From Chitinophagaceae bacterium (lineage in GTDB: Bacteria; Bacteroidota; Bacteroidia; Chitinophagales; Chitinophagaceae), in assembly GCA_024643645.1 (NCBI GenBank), contig JAHEMN010000003.1, positions 1,409 to 65,408 of the forward strand: a stretch of 64,000 nucleotides of DNA, written 5' to 3'. Positions within the stretch are counted from its first letter, which is position 1; every line of letters begins with the position of its first letter. The translations under genes and the position numbers were made by a program. This document shows positions 36,901-46,343 of this stretch, one piece after another. The notes beneath the pieces were generated by a model that was not told the DNA's origin, ran no database searches, and saw only the letters and a program-made list of their open reading frames with translations.

Positions 36901-37091
36901 GTATTTTTAAAACTACCTGCTACGGCTGCACTACGGCCACCACGAAAAGGTCCGATCAATCTGTAATTTAAATTCTTAAATAAGACATCCTCCTTATTAT
37001 CTGCTTGAACTGATGTTGTCTTTCTGTTTTTTTGAGCAAAAAGACTTATAGAAAAAAAGGCAACAATAACTAATAGTATTATTTTTCTCAT
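33963..37091 (-). CDS. Secreted BNR/Asp-box (VPS10/sortilin-like) beta-propeller protein
   Basis: Signal peptide; many S/T-x-D-G-G-x-T/N-W repeats; RLIGPFRGGRS. Confidence 0.9.
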   Translation of the reverse strand: MRKIILLVIVAFFSISLFAQKNRKTTSVQADNKEDVLFKNLNYRLIGPFRGGRSAAVAGSFKNTNTFYFGGVGGGVWKTTDGGSNWMNISDKFFGGSIGSVAVSPSDETIIYAGEGEHTMRGNVSEGLGGIWRTDDGGKNWRNLGLKDGRHIIRIIIHPKNPDIVWAAVMGHLFGPNEERGVFKTTDGGKTWKKVLYVNNQTGCSELVMEPGNPLVLYAGTWRVIRTPHSMESGGDGSGLWKSTDGGETWKNISTARGLPKDTWGIVGVAVAPSNTDKLYALIENAKGGLFVSTDAGENWTLQSSDNNIRQRAWYYSKVFVDPKNENKLYCPNVGFMFSTDGGKTFKSIRTPHGDHHDLWIDPQDPNRMIIADDGGAQVSFDAGANWSTYLNQPTVQVYRVSTDNAFPYRILGGQQDNSAFRIRSRTYGNAITEDDFEATAGGESGYVVADPTNPDITYGGSYMGFMARVDHKTNERRQINVWPDDGIGAGADVQKYRFQWNYPIFFSPHNPKRLYAAGNHLFVSENEGRSWEMISPDLTTNDKTRQAPSGGPITKDNTGVEYYCTIFTATESEYEKDLLWSGSDDGLIHVSRDGGKNWENVTPKDCPKWIMWNCVEADPFKKGAAYFVGTRYKLDDFEPYIYKTEDYGKTWKRIDNGINRLHFSRAIRADKKKQGLLYGGTEYGMYISYDDGANWKPFQLNLPTLSVTDLAIKDNDLIVGTQGRSIYILDDLSVVQQASDAIADKQWHVFTPHSAYRMQGGGRGFGGSQNNVGMNPPSGIVIPFYLKSIDDSTKLLVVIKDNMKKEIKTFSTSSKENKIEINTGLNQFVWNMNYTDAEKIPEGMIVWNGNVSGPKAIPGNYFAVFKMGKDSVEIPFKILGDPNYKVTAAEYEEQFDFLITARDKFSETIKALKNIKEIRSQMKEYKDKWAADSVKEVNIMMDSIDKKMTSVEEALHQTKAKSGQDVLNYPIRLDDKLSGLYGNAQAGNGVLAKQMKEAYVVIGGQIDVQLEKLKKIMEDDLKSLNQLIREKHLPVIGIKKE

Positions 37092-37215
37092 GGCAACTGT
37101 ATGTTATATGAATTTTAGGTCTTGAAGTTAGTGATTTAGAAAATACAAAATAACCAACAGATCACAGCAGTTCAAATTTAGTATAGCGAATAGTATCTTT
37201 AGCAAAATAGCAAAT

Positions 37216-38853
37216 ATGAAATCATTTACTATCACTGGAAATCTTGTTGATATTCATCAGGAAAAAATATATCCTGCTGAAATCATGATCAGTGAAGGAA
37301 AAATAGTTTCAATAGTTGAAGATCCGGAAAATACAGAACCATTTCTACCTTATATATTGCCCGGCTTTATTGACAGCCATGTGCATATAGAAAGCTCTAT
37401 GCTTGTTCCTTCTGAATTTGCAAGACTGGCAGTAGTACATGGAACCGTAGCCACTGTAAGCGATCCGCATGAAATTGCAAATGTTTGCGGAATGAAAGGA
37501 GTGGAATTCATGATTGAAAACGGCAAAACTGTTCCCTTTAAATTCAACTTCGGAGCTCCCAGCTGTGTACCAGCTACCAGTTTTGAAACTGCCGGTGCTG
37601 TATTAAGTGCAGACGATGTAGAAAAGTTATTATTAAGAGATGAGATAAAGTACCTGAGTGAAATGATGAATTTTCCTGGTGTGCTTTTCAAGGATGAAGA
37701 GGTGATGAAAAAGATCGACACGGCTCATCGGTTAAACAAACCGGTTGATGGCCATGCACCAGGATTGAGAAGGGAAAAAGCAAAACAATATATTGATGCA
37801 GGCATTTATACAGATCATGAATGCTTCACAAAAGAAGAGGCCCTGGATAAACTGAACTATGGAATGAAGATCATTATCCGTGAAGGTAGCGCAGCTAAAA
37901 ATTTTGATGAGTTGATTGATCTGCTTCATGATCATGCTGACCAAATAATGTTTTGCAGCGATGATAAACATCCGGATAGTTTAGTGTTAGGCCATATCAA
38001 TCAACTTTGTGAAAGAGCTGTTGCAAAAGGTATTGATATTTTAAAAATATTAAAAGTTGCATGCCTTAATCCGGTACTTCATTATAAATTAGATGTTGGC
38101 TTATTAAGAAAAGACGATCCTGCAGATTTCATACTAGTGAAAGATCTTGAAAAATTTGAAGTTGTAAAAACATTTATCAATGGAGAACTAGTAGCTGAAA
38201 ACGGGAAGTCAAATATTGTAACTAAAAGATCAAAGCTGATAAATAATTTTTCATGTAGCAAAAAAGAAACTTCAGATCTTATAGTTCCTTATACAACTGA
38301 ATCGTCATCTATAGCCGTAATTGAAGCGTTGGATGGTCAATTAATAACCAACCGGCTTTCTTTTGAACCAAAAATAAGTAATGGAAATATTATAAGTGAT
38401 GCCGAAAGAGATATTCTTAAGATCGTTGTAGTGAATCGTTATTCAGATGCTCCCATAGCAAAAGCTTTTATCAAAAACTTTGGGTTAAAACAAGGAGCTT
38501 TAGCTTCTTCCGTTGCACATGACAGTCACAATATCGTTGCTGTTGGAGTAGATGATGAGAGTATATGCAAAGCAGTAAATTTAGTTATTGAAAGTAAAGG
38601 AGGTGTGAGTGCTGTAAGCAGCAATAAAGAAATGATACTTGAATTACCTGTAGCCGGATTAATGAGTAATGATGATGGCTATAAAATAGCTGCTGATTAT
38701 ACTGCAATTGATATAATGACTAAAGAAGATTTAGGTTCTACTTTAGGCTCTCCATTCATGACTCTTTCATTTATGGCTTTGCTGGTAATTCCACATTTAA
38801 AATTGAGTGATAAGGGATTGTTTGATGGTGATAAGTTTGAATTCATTAGTTAA
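37216..38853 (+). CDS. ade: Adenine deaminase
   Basis: [37 protein letters not shown]. Confidence 0.93.
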   Translation: MKSFTITGNLVDIHQEKIYPAEIMISEGKIVSIVEDPENTEPFLPYILPGFIDSHVHIESSMLVPSEFARLAVVHGTVATVSDPHEIANVCGMKGVEFMIENGKTVPFKFNFGAPSCVPATSFETAGAVLSADDVEKLLLRDEIKYLSEMMNFPGVLFKDEEVMKKIDTAHRLNKPVDGHAPGLRREKAKQYIDAGIYTDHECFTKEEALDKLNYGMKIIIREGSAAKNFDELIDLLHDHADQIMFCSDDKHPDSLVLGHINQLCERAVAKGIDILKILKVACLNPVLHYKLDVGLLRKDDPADFILVKDLEKFEVVKTFINGELVAENGKSNIVTKRSKLINNFSCSKKETSDLIVPYTTESSSIAVIEALDGQLITNRLSFEPKISNGNIISDAERDILKIVVVNRYSDAPIAKAFIKNFGLKQGALASSVAHDSHNIVAVGVDDESICKAVNLVIESKGGVSAVSSNKEMILELPVAGLMSNDDGYKIAADYTAIDIMTKEDLGSTLGSPFMTLSFMALLVIPHLKLSDKGLFDGDKFEFIS

Positions 38854-39027
38854 TTAAAAATCAAAACACAAAACAAACTATTTAATTGTGTTGTAAGTAC
38901 TCATTTCTACAGTAATATTTATTGCCATTACTGTTAACTTTCACATTCCTTTAATAACCAAATGAGTCTGTATTTGCATCTAATACGTAGATGACAATAA
39001 AAACAGACCCATAGTGCAGCAAACGGT

Positions 39028-39381
39028 ATGAGTAGACAGAACAGGGTCAGAATAAATTTAAATGACTTTGTTATGAAACAAAATCTACACATCTCTGCCG
39101 CATTCGACCAACCGGAGTTAGTACAAAACCTGGTTGAACAATTAGCATACCGCCGATATGAATTTGGATTTGGCAATGAAAAAATGCCTCCCGGATTTAA
39201 AGCATTAGAAACATCCTCTACTGAAACATATGTAAGCGGAACGATGGCAATCGATCTTCCTGGCGATACTGAAACTACAGAAGAGAGAATAAATATGCCA
39301 TTTATTACCTGCTTCCTATTTACATGCATAAAAGGTTATGGCGATCCATATAAGATGATATGGAGCTCATCTCTTTCTTAA
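39028..39381 (+). CDS. Hypothetical protein
   Basis: 117-aa ORF filling an intergenic gap; no family recognised. Confidence 0.6.
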   Translation: MSRQNRVRINLNDFVMKQNLHISAAFDQPELVQNLVEQLAYRRYEFGFGNEKMPPGFKALETSSTETYVSGTMAIDLPGDTETTEERINMPFITCFLFTCIKGYGDPYKMIWSSSLS

Positions 39382-39677
39382 ATCTATTATAGAAAAGTAA
39401 TATAATTCCTATTGATAATAATAGTTGATTCCATATTCTTCCAGTTTACTTTCCTGATCATTTGTTTATAAACATAAGTTAGTTCACTATTTAGAGATCC
39501 ATTACTTAAAAAAGTATAAAATCCAATTTATTTTCAAATTGAACTTATTTAGATTTTATCTATATTTAAGGATATTCTCAACTGAAGAATATCACTACCT
39601 CCGCACTTTTGAAAGCTTGAAATAAAATCCATTTCAACAAACCAGCAAATTAGATTTAGACTAAATCATTAAAATAT

Positions 39678-42600
39678 ATGGTTAAAGACGAACTACGTAT
39701 TGCAGAACTTGAAAAATTGTTGGCAGAAAAGACTGCTGCCTTACTGCAACAAGGTGAAGAATTATCTGTTATCAACAGTGTGCAGGAAGCATTGGTAAAA
39801 GAAATGGATATGCAGGCCATCTATGATCTTGTAGGCGATAAAATCAGAGATCTATTTGATGCACAAGCCGTAGTTATTGCCACTTTAGATCATGATACCG
39901 GTACAGAAGAATTTAATTATACGATAGAAGACGGAGAAAGATTTTACCCTGAAAAACGACCCTACAATAAGCTGAGACAAAATCTTATTGAATCAAAAAA
40001 GAAAATTGTCATTAATAACTCTGAAGAAGCCTTTAAATGGTTAGGTAAAGAGGTAGTGCCAGGCACACAATTAATGAAATCCGGAGTATTTGTTCCTTTA
40101 ATTACAAAAGGAAATGTAACTAGCTATATTAGCTTACAAAATGTAGACAAAGAGAATGCATTTAACGACTCCGATATCCGTTTGCTCGAAACTTTAGCTA
40201 ACAGTATGAGTACAGCATTGCAAAATGCACGGCTCTTAAAAGAAACTGAACAACGTACTGCAGAGTTAGCGGTTATAAACAGTGTACAGGAAGCGTTGGC
40301 TACTGAATTAGATATGCAGGCCATTTATGATTTGGTAGGCAACCGCATCCGGGATCTTTTTGATGCGCAGGTGGTGGGAATCGCCACCTTTGACCATGCC
40401 AATGAAATGGAAATAATAAATTACCTGATTGAAAAAGGGGAACGATATAATCCGGTACCAAGGCCTCTGAATATTTTAAGAAAACATCTTATTCAGACTA
40501 AAGAAAAAATTCTTATTAATAAGAATTTTGAGGAAGTGGCTGCCGCATTCGGTGTAAAAAAAGTTCCTGGTACCGAGCAACCTAAATCTGCCTTGTATGT
40601 ACCATTAGTTATTGGTGAAAAGGTAACAGGCAATATTAGCATACAGAATATCGACAGAGAAAATGCTATTAGTGAATCCGATGTAAGACTGATGGAAACT
40701 TTGGCCAATAGTATGGGAGTAGCATTGGAAAACGCAAGGTTATTTGATGAAACGACAAGACTCCTTAAAGAAACAGAACAGCAAAAAGCAGAACTGGGTG
40801 TAATTAATAGCGTACAGGAAGGATTAGCCAAAGAACTGGATATGCAGGCTATCTATGATCTGGTGGGTGATCGTATCAGGGAATTATTCAACGCACAGGC
40901 AGTAGTTATTGCCAACTTTGATCATGATACGGCCACTGAAAGTTTTAAATACATTATAGAGGACAAACAACGGTTTTATCTCGCTTCAAGGCCTTATGAT
41001 AAATTAAGGCAGCACCTGATTATTAATAAACAGAAAATTGTTATCAATTCAAATTACGAAGAAGCGTATGCCAAATTTGGGTTAAAGACATTACCAGGCA
41101 CCAATCCGACAAAATCAGCGGTATTTGTACCATTGATCACGGGTGATAAGGTCAATAGCTATATCAGTTTACAAAACAATGAAATAGAATTTGCATTTAG
41201 TGAATCTGATATACGTCTATTAGAAACTTTAGCTAATAGCATGAGTGTGGCATTGGAAAATGCAAGGCTCTTTGATGAGACTACAAGATTATTAAAAGAA
41301 ACTGAGCAACGTACTGCTGAACTGGCTGTTATCAATAGTGTACAGGAAGGACTGGCAAAAGAACTGGATATACAAGGAATTTATGATCTGGTTGGTAATA
41401 AGATTAGAGATGTATTTGATGCACAAGGTGTGATCATTGCCACTTTCGAACATGAAACAGGAAAAGAAAAATTCAATTACCTGCTTGAAAAAGGTGAACG
41501 GTTCAATGCAGAACCCCGTCGGTATGATAAGCTTCGCTATCAGCTTATCATGACCAAACAGAAAATTTTGATCAATAATAATATGACGGAAGCCTTTAAA
41601 GAGTTTGGCCTAAAAGTGGTCGAAGGAACTGAAATGCCTAAATCTTTACTATTTGTTCCGTTAATTGTTGGTAATAAAGTTACCAGCTATGTTAGTTTAC
41701 AAAATGCAGATAAAGAAGATGCATTTAGTGACTCTGATGTACGTCTTCTTGAAACTTTGGCCAACAGTATGAGTGTGGCATTAGAGAATGCAAGGTTATT
41801 TGATGAAACAAACCGACTACTAAAAGAAACGGAACAGAGAACAGCTGAACTTGCTGTAATAAATAGTGTACAGGATGGATTGGTTCGGGAAATGGATATG
41901 CAGGGCATCTATGACCTGGTTGGTGATAGAGTACAAAAATTATTTAATACACAAGTTGTAATGATCAGCACTTTTGATCTGGAAGAAAAAGTAGAACATT
42001 TTAATTATTTATTTGAAGAAGGCCAGAAAGTTTTCCCCGAACCAAGACCTATAAACAAATTCAGACAATTATTAATAGATAAAAAACAAACTATCTATAT
42101 TTCTACGAAAGCCCAGGCCATCAAAGAATTTGAACTAACAGCAATTGGAGATACAAAATTTCCAAGCTCAATGTTATATGTTCCGCTAATGGCTGGCAGT
42201 ACTATCAGAGGATATGTTAGTCTGCAAAATATAGATTCAGAAAATGCATTTTCAGTGTCAGATATCCGGCTGCTTGAAACATTAGCCAACAGCATGAGTG
42301 TGGCTTTGGAAAATGCCCGTTTATTTGATGAAACAAACCGTTTACTTAAAGAAACAGAAGAAAGAACAGCAGAGTTGGCAGTAATAAACAGTGTACAGGA
42401 TGGATTGGTTCGTGAGATGGATATGCAAGGAATTTATGATCTGGTTGGCGACAGGGTGCAAACCTTGTTTGATGCGCAGGCAGTTGTTATAGGAACTTTT
42501 GATTCGGATTACAAAATTGAAAACTTTAACTATGTTTTTGAAAACGGAGAAAGAGTGAAACTGGAATCAAGACCGGTCAATAAACTCAGGCAATTATTAA

Positions 42601-45600
42601 TTGATAAAAAACATACTGTTTATATAGCAACTGAAGAACAGGCAATAAATGAATATGATTTAAAAGCAGTTGGTGAAACTAAAATGCCGAAATCATTATT
42701 GTTTGTACCGTTAATGACCGGTAGCATTATAAAAGGATATGTCAGCCTGCAGAATATAGATTCAGAAAATGCATTCTCAGAATCAAATATCCGTTTACTT
42801 GAAACATTGGCCAATAGTATGAGTGTGGCATTGGAAAATGCCAGATTATTTGACGAGACCAATCGTTTATTAAAAGAGACTGAGCAACGAACAGCTGAAT
42901 TAGCTGTAATCAATAGTGTGCAGGATGGATTGGCAAAAGAACTGGATATACAGGGTATATATAATTTAGTGGGTGATCGATTATGCGATCTGTTTCCTGA
43001 TACTCAAACACTTGTTATAAGAACATTTGACTATGATACGGGGAATGAACATTTTCAATATGCTATTGAAAAAGGTGAACGAATACAAATAAGTCCACAA
43101 CCATTTATCTGGGCTAATCAACAGCTTATCAGAACAAAAAAACCAATTGATATAGAAGAAAATTATGTACGGGTTTCTCAAAAATTCGGAGGTTCGGGAG
43201 TAACTAAAGGGAAGCCACCTAAATCTGCGGTTTTTGTACCAATGATTGTTGGTGATATAGTAAAAGGCTCTATAAGCCTCCAGAATGTGGACAGGGAAAA
43301 TGCATTTAATGCATCCGATTTGAGATTACTGACCACTATTACAAACAGTATGAGTGTGGCACTTGAAAATGCCCGGTTATTTGATGAAACACACCGTTTA
43401 TTAAAAGAAACTGAGCAACGAACTGCGGAACTGGCTGTTATCAATAGTGTGCAGGATGGATTGGTAAGGGAAATGAATATGCAAGCTATTTATGACCTGG
43501 TGGGAGAACGGATCTGTAAATTATTTGATACACAAACTGTATTGATCCGGACTTTTGACCATCAAAATGAACAGGAAACCTGGCAATATGTGATAGAAAA
43601 AGGAGAAAGGCTTTATAGCAACCCCAGACCGTTTAATTGGGCCAATAAAAAACTAATCAAGGATAAGCAGGCCTTAATGATCAATGAAAATTACCAGGAA
43701 ACAGCGAGAAAATATGGAGGTTCCGGTGTAAGTAAAGGACTGCCACCGAAATCTGCACTATTTATTCCGATGATAGTCGGAGATGTGGTAAGAGGTTCAG
43801 TAAGTCTTCAAAATGTGGAGAAGGAAAATGCATTTACTGAAGACGACCTGAGGTTATTAAGTACACTTACTAATAGTATGAGTGTGGCATTAGAAAATGC
43901 CCGTCTCTTTGATGAATCCAACCGATTGTTGAATGATGCGAAACAAAGAGCCAGCGAATTGGCTACAGTAAATAATATCACACAGGCACTTGCTTCACAA
44001 ATTAACCTGGAAGAACTGATTACTTTGGTTGGCGAAGAGATCAGACAATTGTTTAAAGCAAATATTGTTTATGTTGCTTTACTGGATAAAAAAACAAATA
44101 TCATCAACTTCCCTCACCAATATGGAGATGCAATGGAACCTATGCAATTGGGAGAGGGATTAACTTCCAAGATCATACTTTCCGGTGAACCATTACTTAT
44201 TAATAAAGACATAAAAGATCTACAAGCTCAAATGGGAATCAAAACGGTTGGTATTCCTGCTGCCTCCTATTTAGGTGTTCCTATTTCTGTTGGCGATGAA
44301 AATATCGGAGTACTGAGTGTACAAAGTACTGAACAGGAAAACCGCTTTGGTAAAGACGATCTTCGTTTATTACAAACCATCGCCACTTCTGTTGGTGTAG
44401 CATTAAGAAAGGCAACATTATTTGAAGAAATTCATTTAGCAAAAATGGATGCTGAAGAAGCTAAAAAAACTGCCGAAAGAGCTAATGAAGCTAAAAGCTC
44501 TTTCCTCTCTACGGTAAGTCATGAATTAAGAACACCATTAACTTCAGTATTAGGATTTGCCAAGATCATTAAAAAAAGACTGGAAGAAAAAGTATTTCCA
44601 ATAACCGATAAAACAGATCCGAAAATTGTCAAAACAATCAAACAGATTAAAGATAACCTCGACGTTGTTGTATCAGAAGGGCAGCGACTCACTCATCTGA
44701 TCAATGATGTACTAGACCTTGCAAAAATTGAGGCAGGTAAAATGGAATGGAATAATGAACCGATGTCTGTTCCGGAAATTGCAGAAAGGGCCATTGCTGC
44801 TACTACTGCCCTGTTTGACAATAGTAATCTCAAACTTGTAAAGAATATTAAAAAAGATATTCCTACAATAATGGGTGACAGTGATAAAATGATACAAGTG
44901 ATGGTCAACCTGATCTCTAATGCTGTAAAATTTTCAGTAAAAGGAAAAGTTACCTGTAATGTATATGAGGAAAAAGATGAAGTAATTATCAGTATCGTTG
45001 ATACAGGAATCGGTATTGCACCTGAAGATCATGCTGCAGTTTTTGAACAATTCAAACAGGTTGGTGATACATTGACAGATAAACCAAAAGGTACAGGATT
45101 AGGTCTTCCTATTTGTAAGGAAATTGTAGAACATCATGGAGGACGCATCTGGCTGGAAAGCACATTAGGTGTAGGCAGTACTTTCTTTGTATCACTGCCT
45201 TTAATTAAAACAGAAACTCCAAAAAGACCTATACATCTTGATGATCTTGTTGTTCAATTAAAAGAACAGGTAGCTCATTCAAAATTGAATATTATTGGTT
45301 CTGCAGCTACTATCCTGGTAGTGGATGATGATGAATCTATCCGCTCATTACTCAATCAGGAATTAGGAGAAGCAGGCTATCAGATAGTTGAGGCATCTAA
45401 CGGTAAAGAAGCACTGGAATGTGTTCGGAAACAAAAACCTGATCTGATCATTCTGGATATCATGATGCCTGAAATGAATGGTTTTGATGTGGCTGCTGTT
45501 TTGAAGAATGATCCTTCCACCATGGATATCCCGATCATTGTATTATCAATAGTACAGGATAAAACAAGAGGCTTCCGCATTGGAGTAGACAGGTATCTTA

Positions 45601-45905
45601 CCAAACCAATAGATACCGGATTGCTATTTAATGAGATAGGAAGTTTGCTGGAACAGGGAAAGTCTAAAAAGAAAGTGATGGTGGTTGATCAGGATTCAGC
45701 TACCGTAAATACACTTACAGATGTGTTGAAGACTAAGGGATATGATGTAATGGAATCATCAGGAGATTCGTTGGTTGAAAATGCTGTGGCCAATAAACCT
45801 GATATCATTATTATGAATTCCGTACATTCAGATAAGCAAGAATTAGTAAAAACGCTAAGATTTGAAAAAGGAATGGAAAATGTTCTATTCCTGGTTTATC
45901 AATAA
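39678..45905 (+). CDS. Cytoplasmic hybrid histidine kinase with nine GAF domains and two receivers
   Basis: Nine EL-x-VIN-S/N repeats; SHELRTPL H-box; HATPase; intact REC (LDIMMP) and a second degenerate REC. Confidence 0.93.
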   Translation: MVKDELRIAELEKLLAEKTAALLQQGEELSVINSVQEALVKEMDMQAIYDLVGDKIRDLFDAQAVVIATLDHDTGTEEFNYTIEDGERFYPEKRPYNKLRQNLIESKKKIVINNSEEAFKWLGKEVVPGTQLMKSGVFVPLITKGNVTSYISLQNVDKENAFNDSDIRLLETLANSMSTALQNARLLKETEQRTAELAVINSVQEALATELDMQAIYDLVGNRIRDLFDAQVVGIATFDHANEMEIINYLIEKGERYNPVPRPLNILRKHLIQTKEKILINKNFEEVAAAFGVKKVPGTEQPKSALYVPLVIGEKVTGNISIQNIDRENAISESDVRLMETLANSMGVALENARLFDETTRLLKETEQQKAELGVINSVQEGLAKELDMQAIYDLVGDRIRELFNAQAVVIANFDHDTATESFKYIIEDKQRFYLASRPYDKLRQHLIINKQKIVINSNYEEAYAKFGLKTLPGTNPTKSAVFVPLITGDKVNSYISLQNNEIEFAFSESDIRLLETLANSMSVALENARLFDETTRLLKETEQRTAELAVINSVQEGLAKELDIQGIYDLVGNKIRDVFDAQGVIIATFEHETGKEKFNYLLEKGERFNAEPRRYDKLRYQLIMTKQKILINNNMTEAFKEFGLKVVEGTEMPKSLLFVPLIVGNKVTSYVSLQNADKEDAFSDSDVRLLETLANSMSVALENARLFDETNRLLKETEQRTAELAVINSVQDGLVREMDMQGIYDLVGDRVQKLFNTQVVMISTFDLEEKVEHFNYLFEEGQKVFPEPRPINKFRQLLIDKKQTIYISTKAQAIKEFELTAIGDTKFPSSMLYVPLMAGSTIRGYVSLQNIDSENAFSVSDIRLLETLANSMSVALENARLFDETNRLLKETEERTAELAVINSVQDGLVREMDMQGIYDLVGDRVQTLFDAQAVVIGTFDSDYKIENFNYVFENGERVKLESRPVNKLRQLLIDKKHTVYIATEEQAINEYDLKAVGETKMPKSLLFVPLMTGSIIKGYVSLQNIDSENAFSESNIRLLETLANSMSVALENARLFDETNRLLKETEQRTAELAVINSVQDGLAKELDIQGIYNLVGDRLCDLFPDTQTLVIRTFDYDTGNEHFQYAIEKGERIQISPQPFIWANQQLIRTKKPIDIEENYVRVSQKFGGSGVTKGKPPKSAVFVPMIVGDIVKGSISLQNVDRENAFNASDLRLLTTITNSMSVALENARLFDETHRLLKETEQRTAELAVINSVQDGLVREMNMQAIYDLVGERICKLFDTQTVLIRTFDHQNEQETWQYVIEKGERLYSNPRPFNWANKKLIKDKQALMINENYQETARKYGGSGVSKGLPPKSALFIPMIVGDVVRGSVSLQNVEKENAFTEDDLRLLSTLTNSMSVALENARLFDESNRLLNDAKQRASELATVNNITQALASQINLEELITLVGEEIRQLFKANIVYVALLDKKTNIINFPHQYGDAMEPMQLGEGLTSKIILSGEPLLINKDIKDLQAQMGIKTVGIPAASYLGVPISVGDENIGVLSVQSTEQENRFGKDDLRLLQTIATSVGVALRKATLFEEIHLAKMDAEEAKKTAERANEAKSSFLSTVSHELRTPLTSVLGFAKIIKKRLEEKVFPITDKTDPKIVKTIKQIKDNLDVVVSEGQRLTHLINDVLDLAKIEAGKMEWNNEPMSVPEIAERAIAATTALFDNSNLKLVKNIKKDIPTIMGDSDKMIQVMVNLISNAVKFSVKGKVTCNVYEEKDEVIISIVDTGIGIAPEDHAAVFEQFKQVGDTLTDKPKGTGLGLPICKEIVEHHGGRIWLESTLGVGSTFFVSLPLIKTETPKRPIHLDDLVVQLKEQVAHSKLNIIGSAATILVVDDDESIRSLLNQELGEAGYQIVEASNGKEALECVRKQKPDLIILDIMMPEMNGFDVAAVLKNDPSTMDIPIIVLSIVQDKTRGFRIGVDRYLTKPIDTGLLFNEIGSLLEQGKSKKKVMVVDQDSATVNTLTDVLKTKGYDVMESSGDSLVENAVANKPDIIIMNSVHSDKQELVKTLRFEKGMENVLFLVYQ
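39756..44420 (+). repeat. Intragenic tandem GAF repeats, 9 units
   Basis: Unit starts at 39756, 40260, 40788, 41316, 41844, 42369, 42894, 43425, 43953. Confidence 0.9.
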
Positions 45906-45923
45906 TAATCTCAATCAAACACA

Positions 45924-46307
45924 ATGGAGAAGAAAATATTAATAGTAGATGACGAAGCACATATCCGAATGCTTATCGAACAAACATTGGAAGAACTGGA
46001 AGATGACGGTGTTGAATTTTTTACTGCTGAGAATGGAGAACAGGCATTGGAATTAATTCAATCAGAAAAACCAAATATGGTTTTCCTGGATGTGATGATG
46101 CCAAAAATGAATGGTATGGAAGTATGCCGGAGGGTTAAACAGGAATTAGGACTTCAGGAGGTTTTCATTATAATACTTACTGCAAAAGGTCAGGAATTAG
46201 ATAAACAAAAAGGCCAGGAAGTTGGTGCGGATGTTTATATGACCAAACCATTTGATCCAGAGGCACTGCTTATAAAGGCCCGTGAAGTATTGGGATTAGA
46301 CGATTAA
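45924..46307 (+). CDS. Single-domain response regulator
   Basis: ILIVDD, LDVMMP, LTAKG, KPF. Confidence 0.93.
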   Translation: MEKKILIVDDEAHIRMLIEQTLEELEDDGVEFFTAENGEQALELIQSEKPNMVFLDVMMPKMNGMEVCRRVKQELGLQEVFIIILTAKGQELDKQKGQEVGADVYMTKPFDPEALLIKAREVLGLDD

Positions 46308-46343
46308 TATTTTAAAAAAGCAGCGAATTTTTGATGTACTACT

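Noticed and set aside
39571-39594. TGAA-GAAT-ATCA box and GATATTCT/AGAATATC palindrome before the nine-GAF kinase
   Set aside because: No partner box at 22 bp and no -7 element at the 35-bp offset, so not counted in the regulon
39756-44420. Regular repeats as a CRISPR array or assembly artefact
   Set aside because: Units are about 528 nt, in frame and diverged at synonymous and non-synonymous sites; no cas genes
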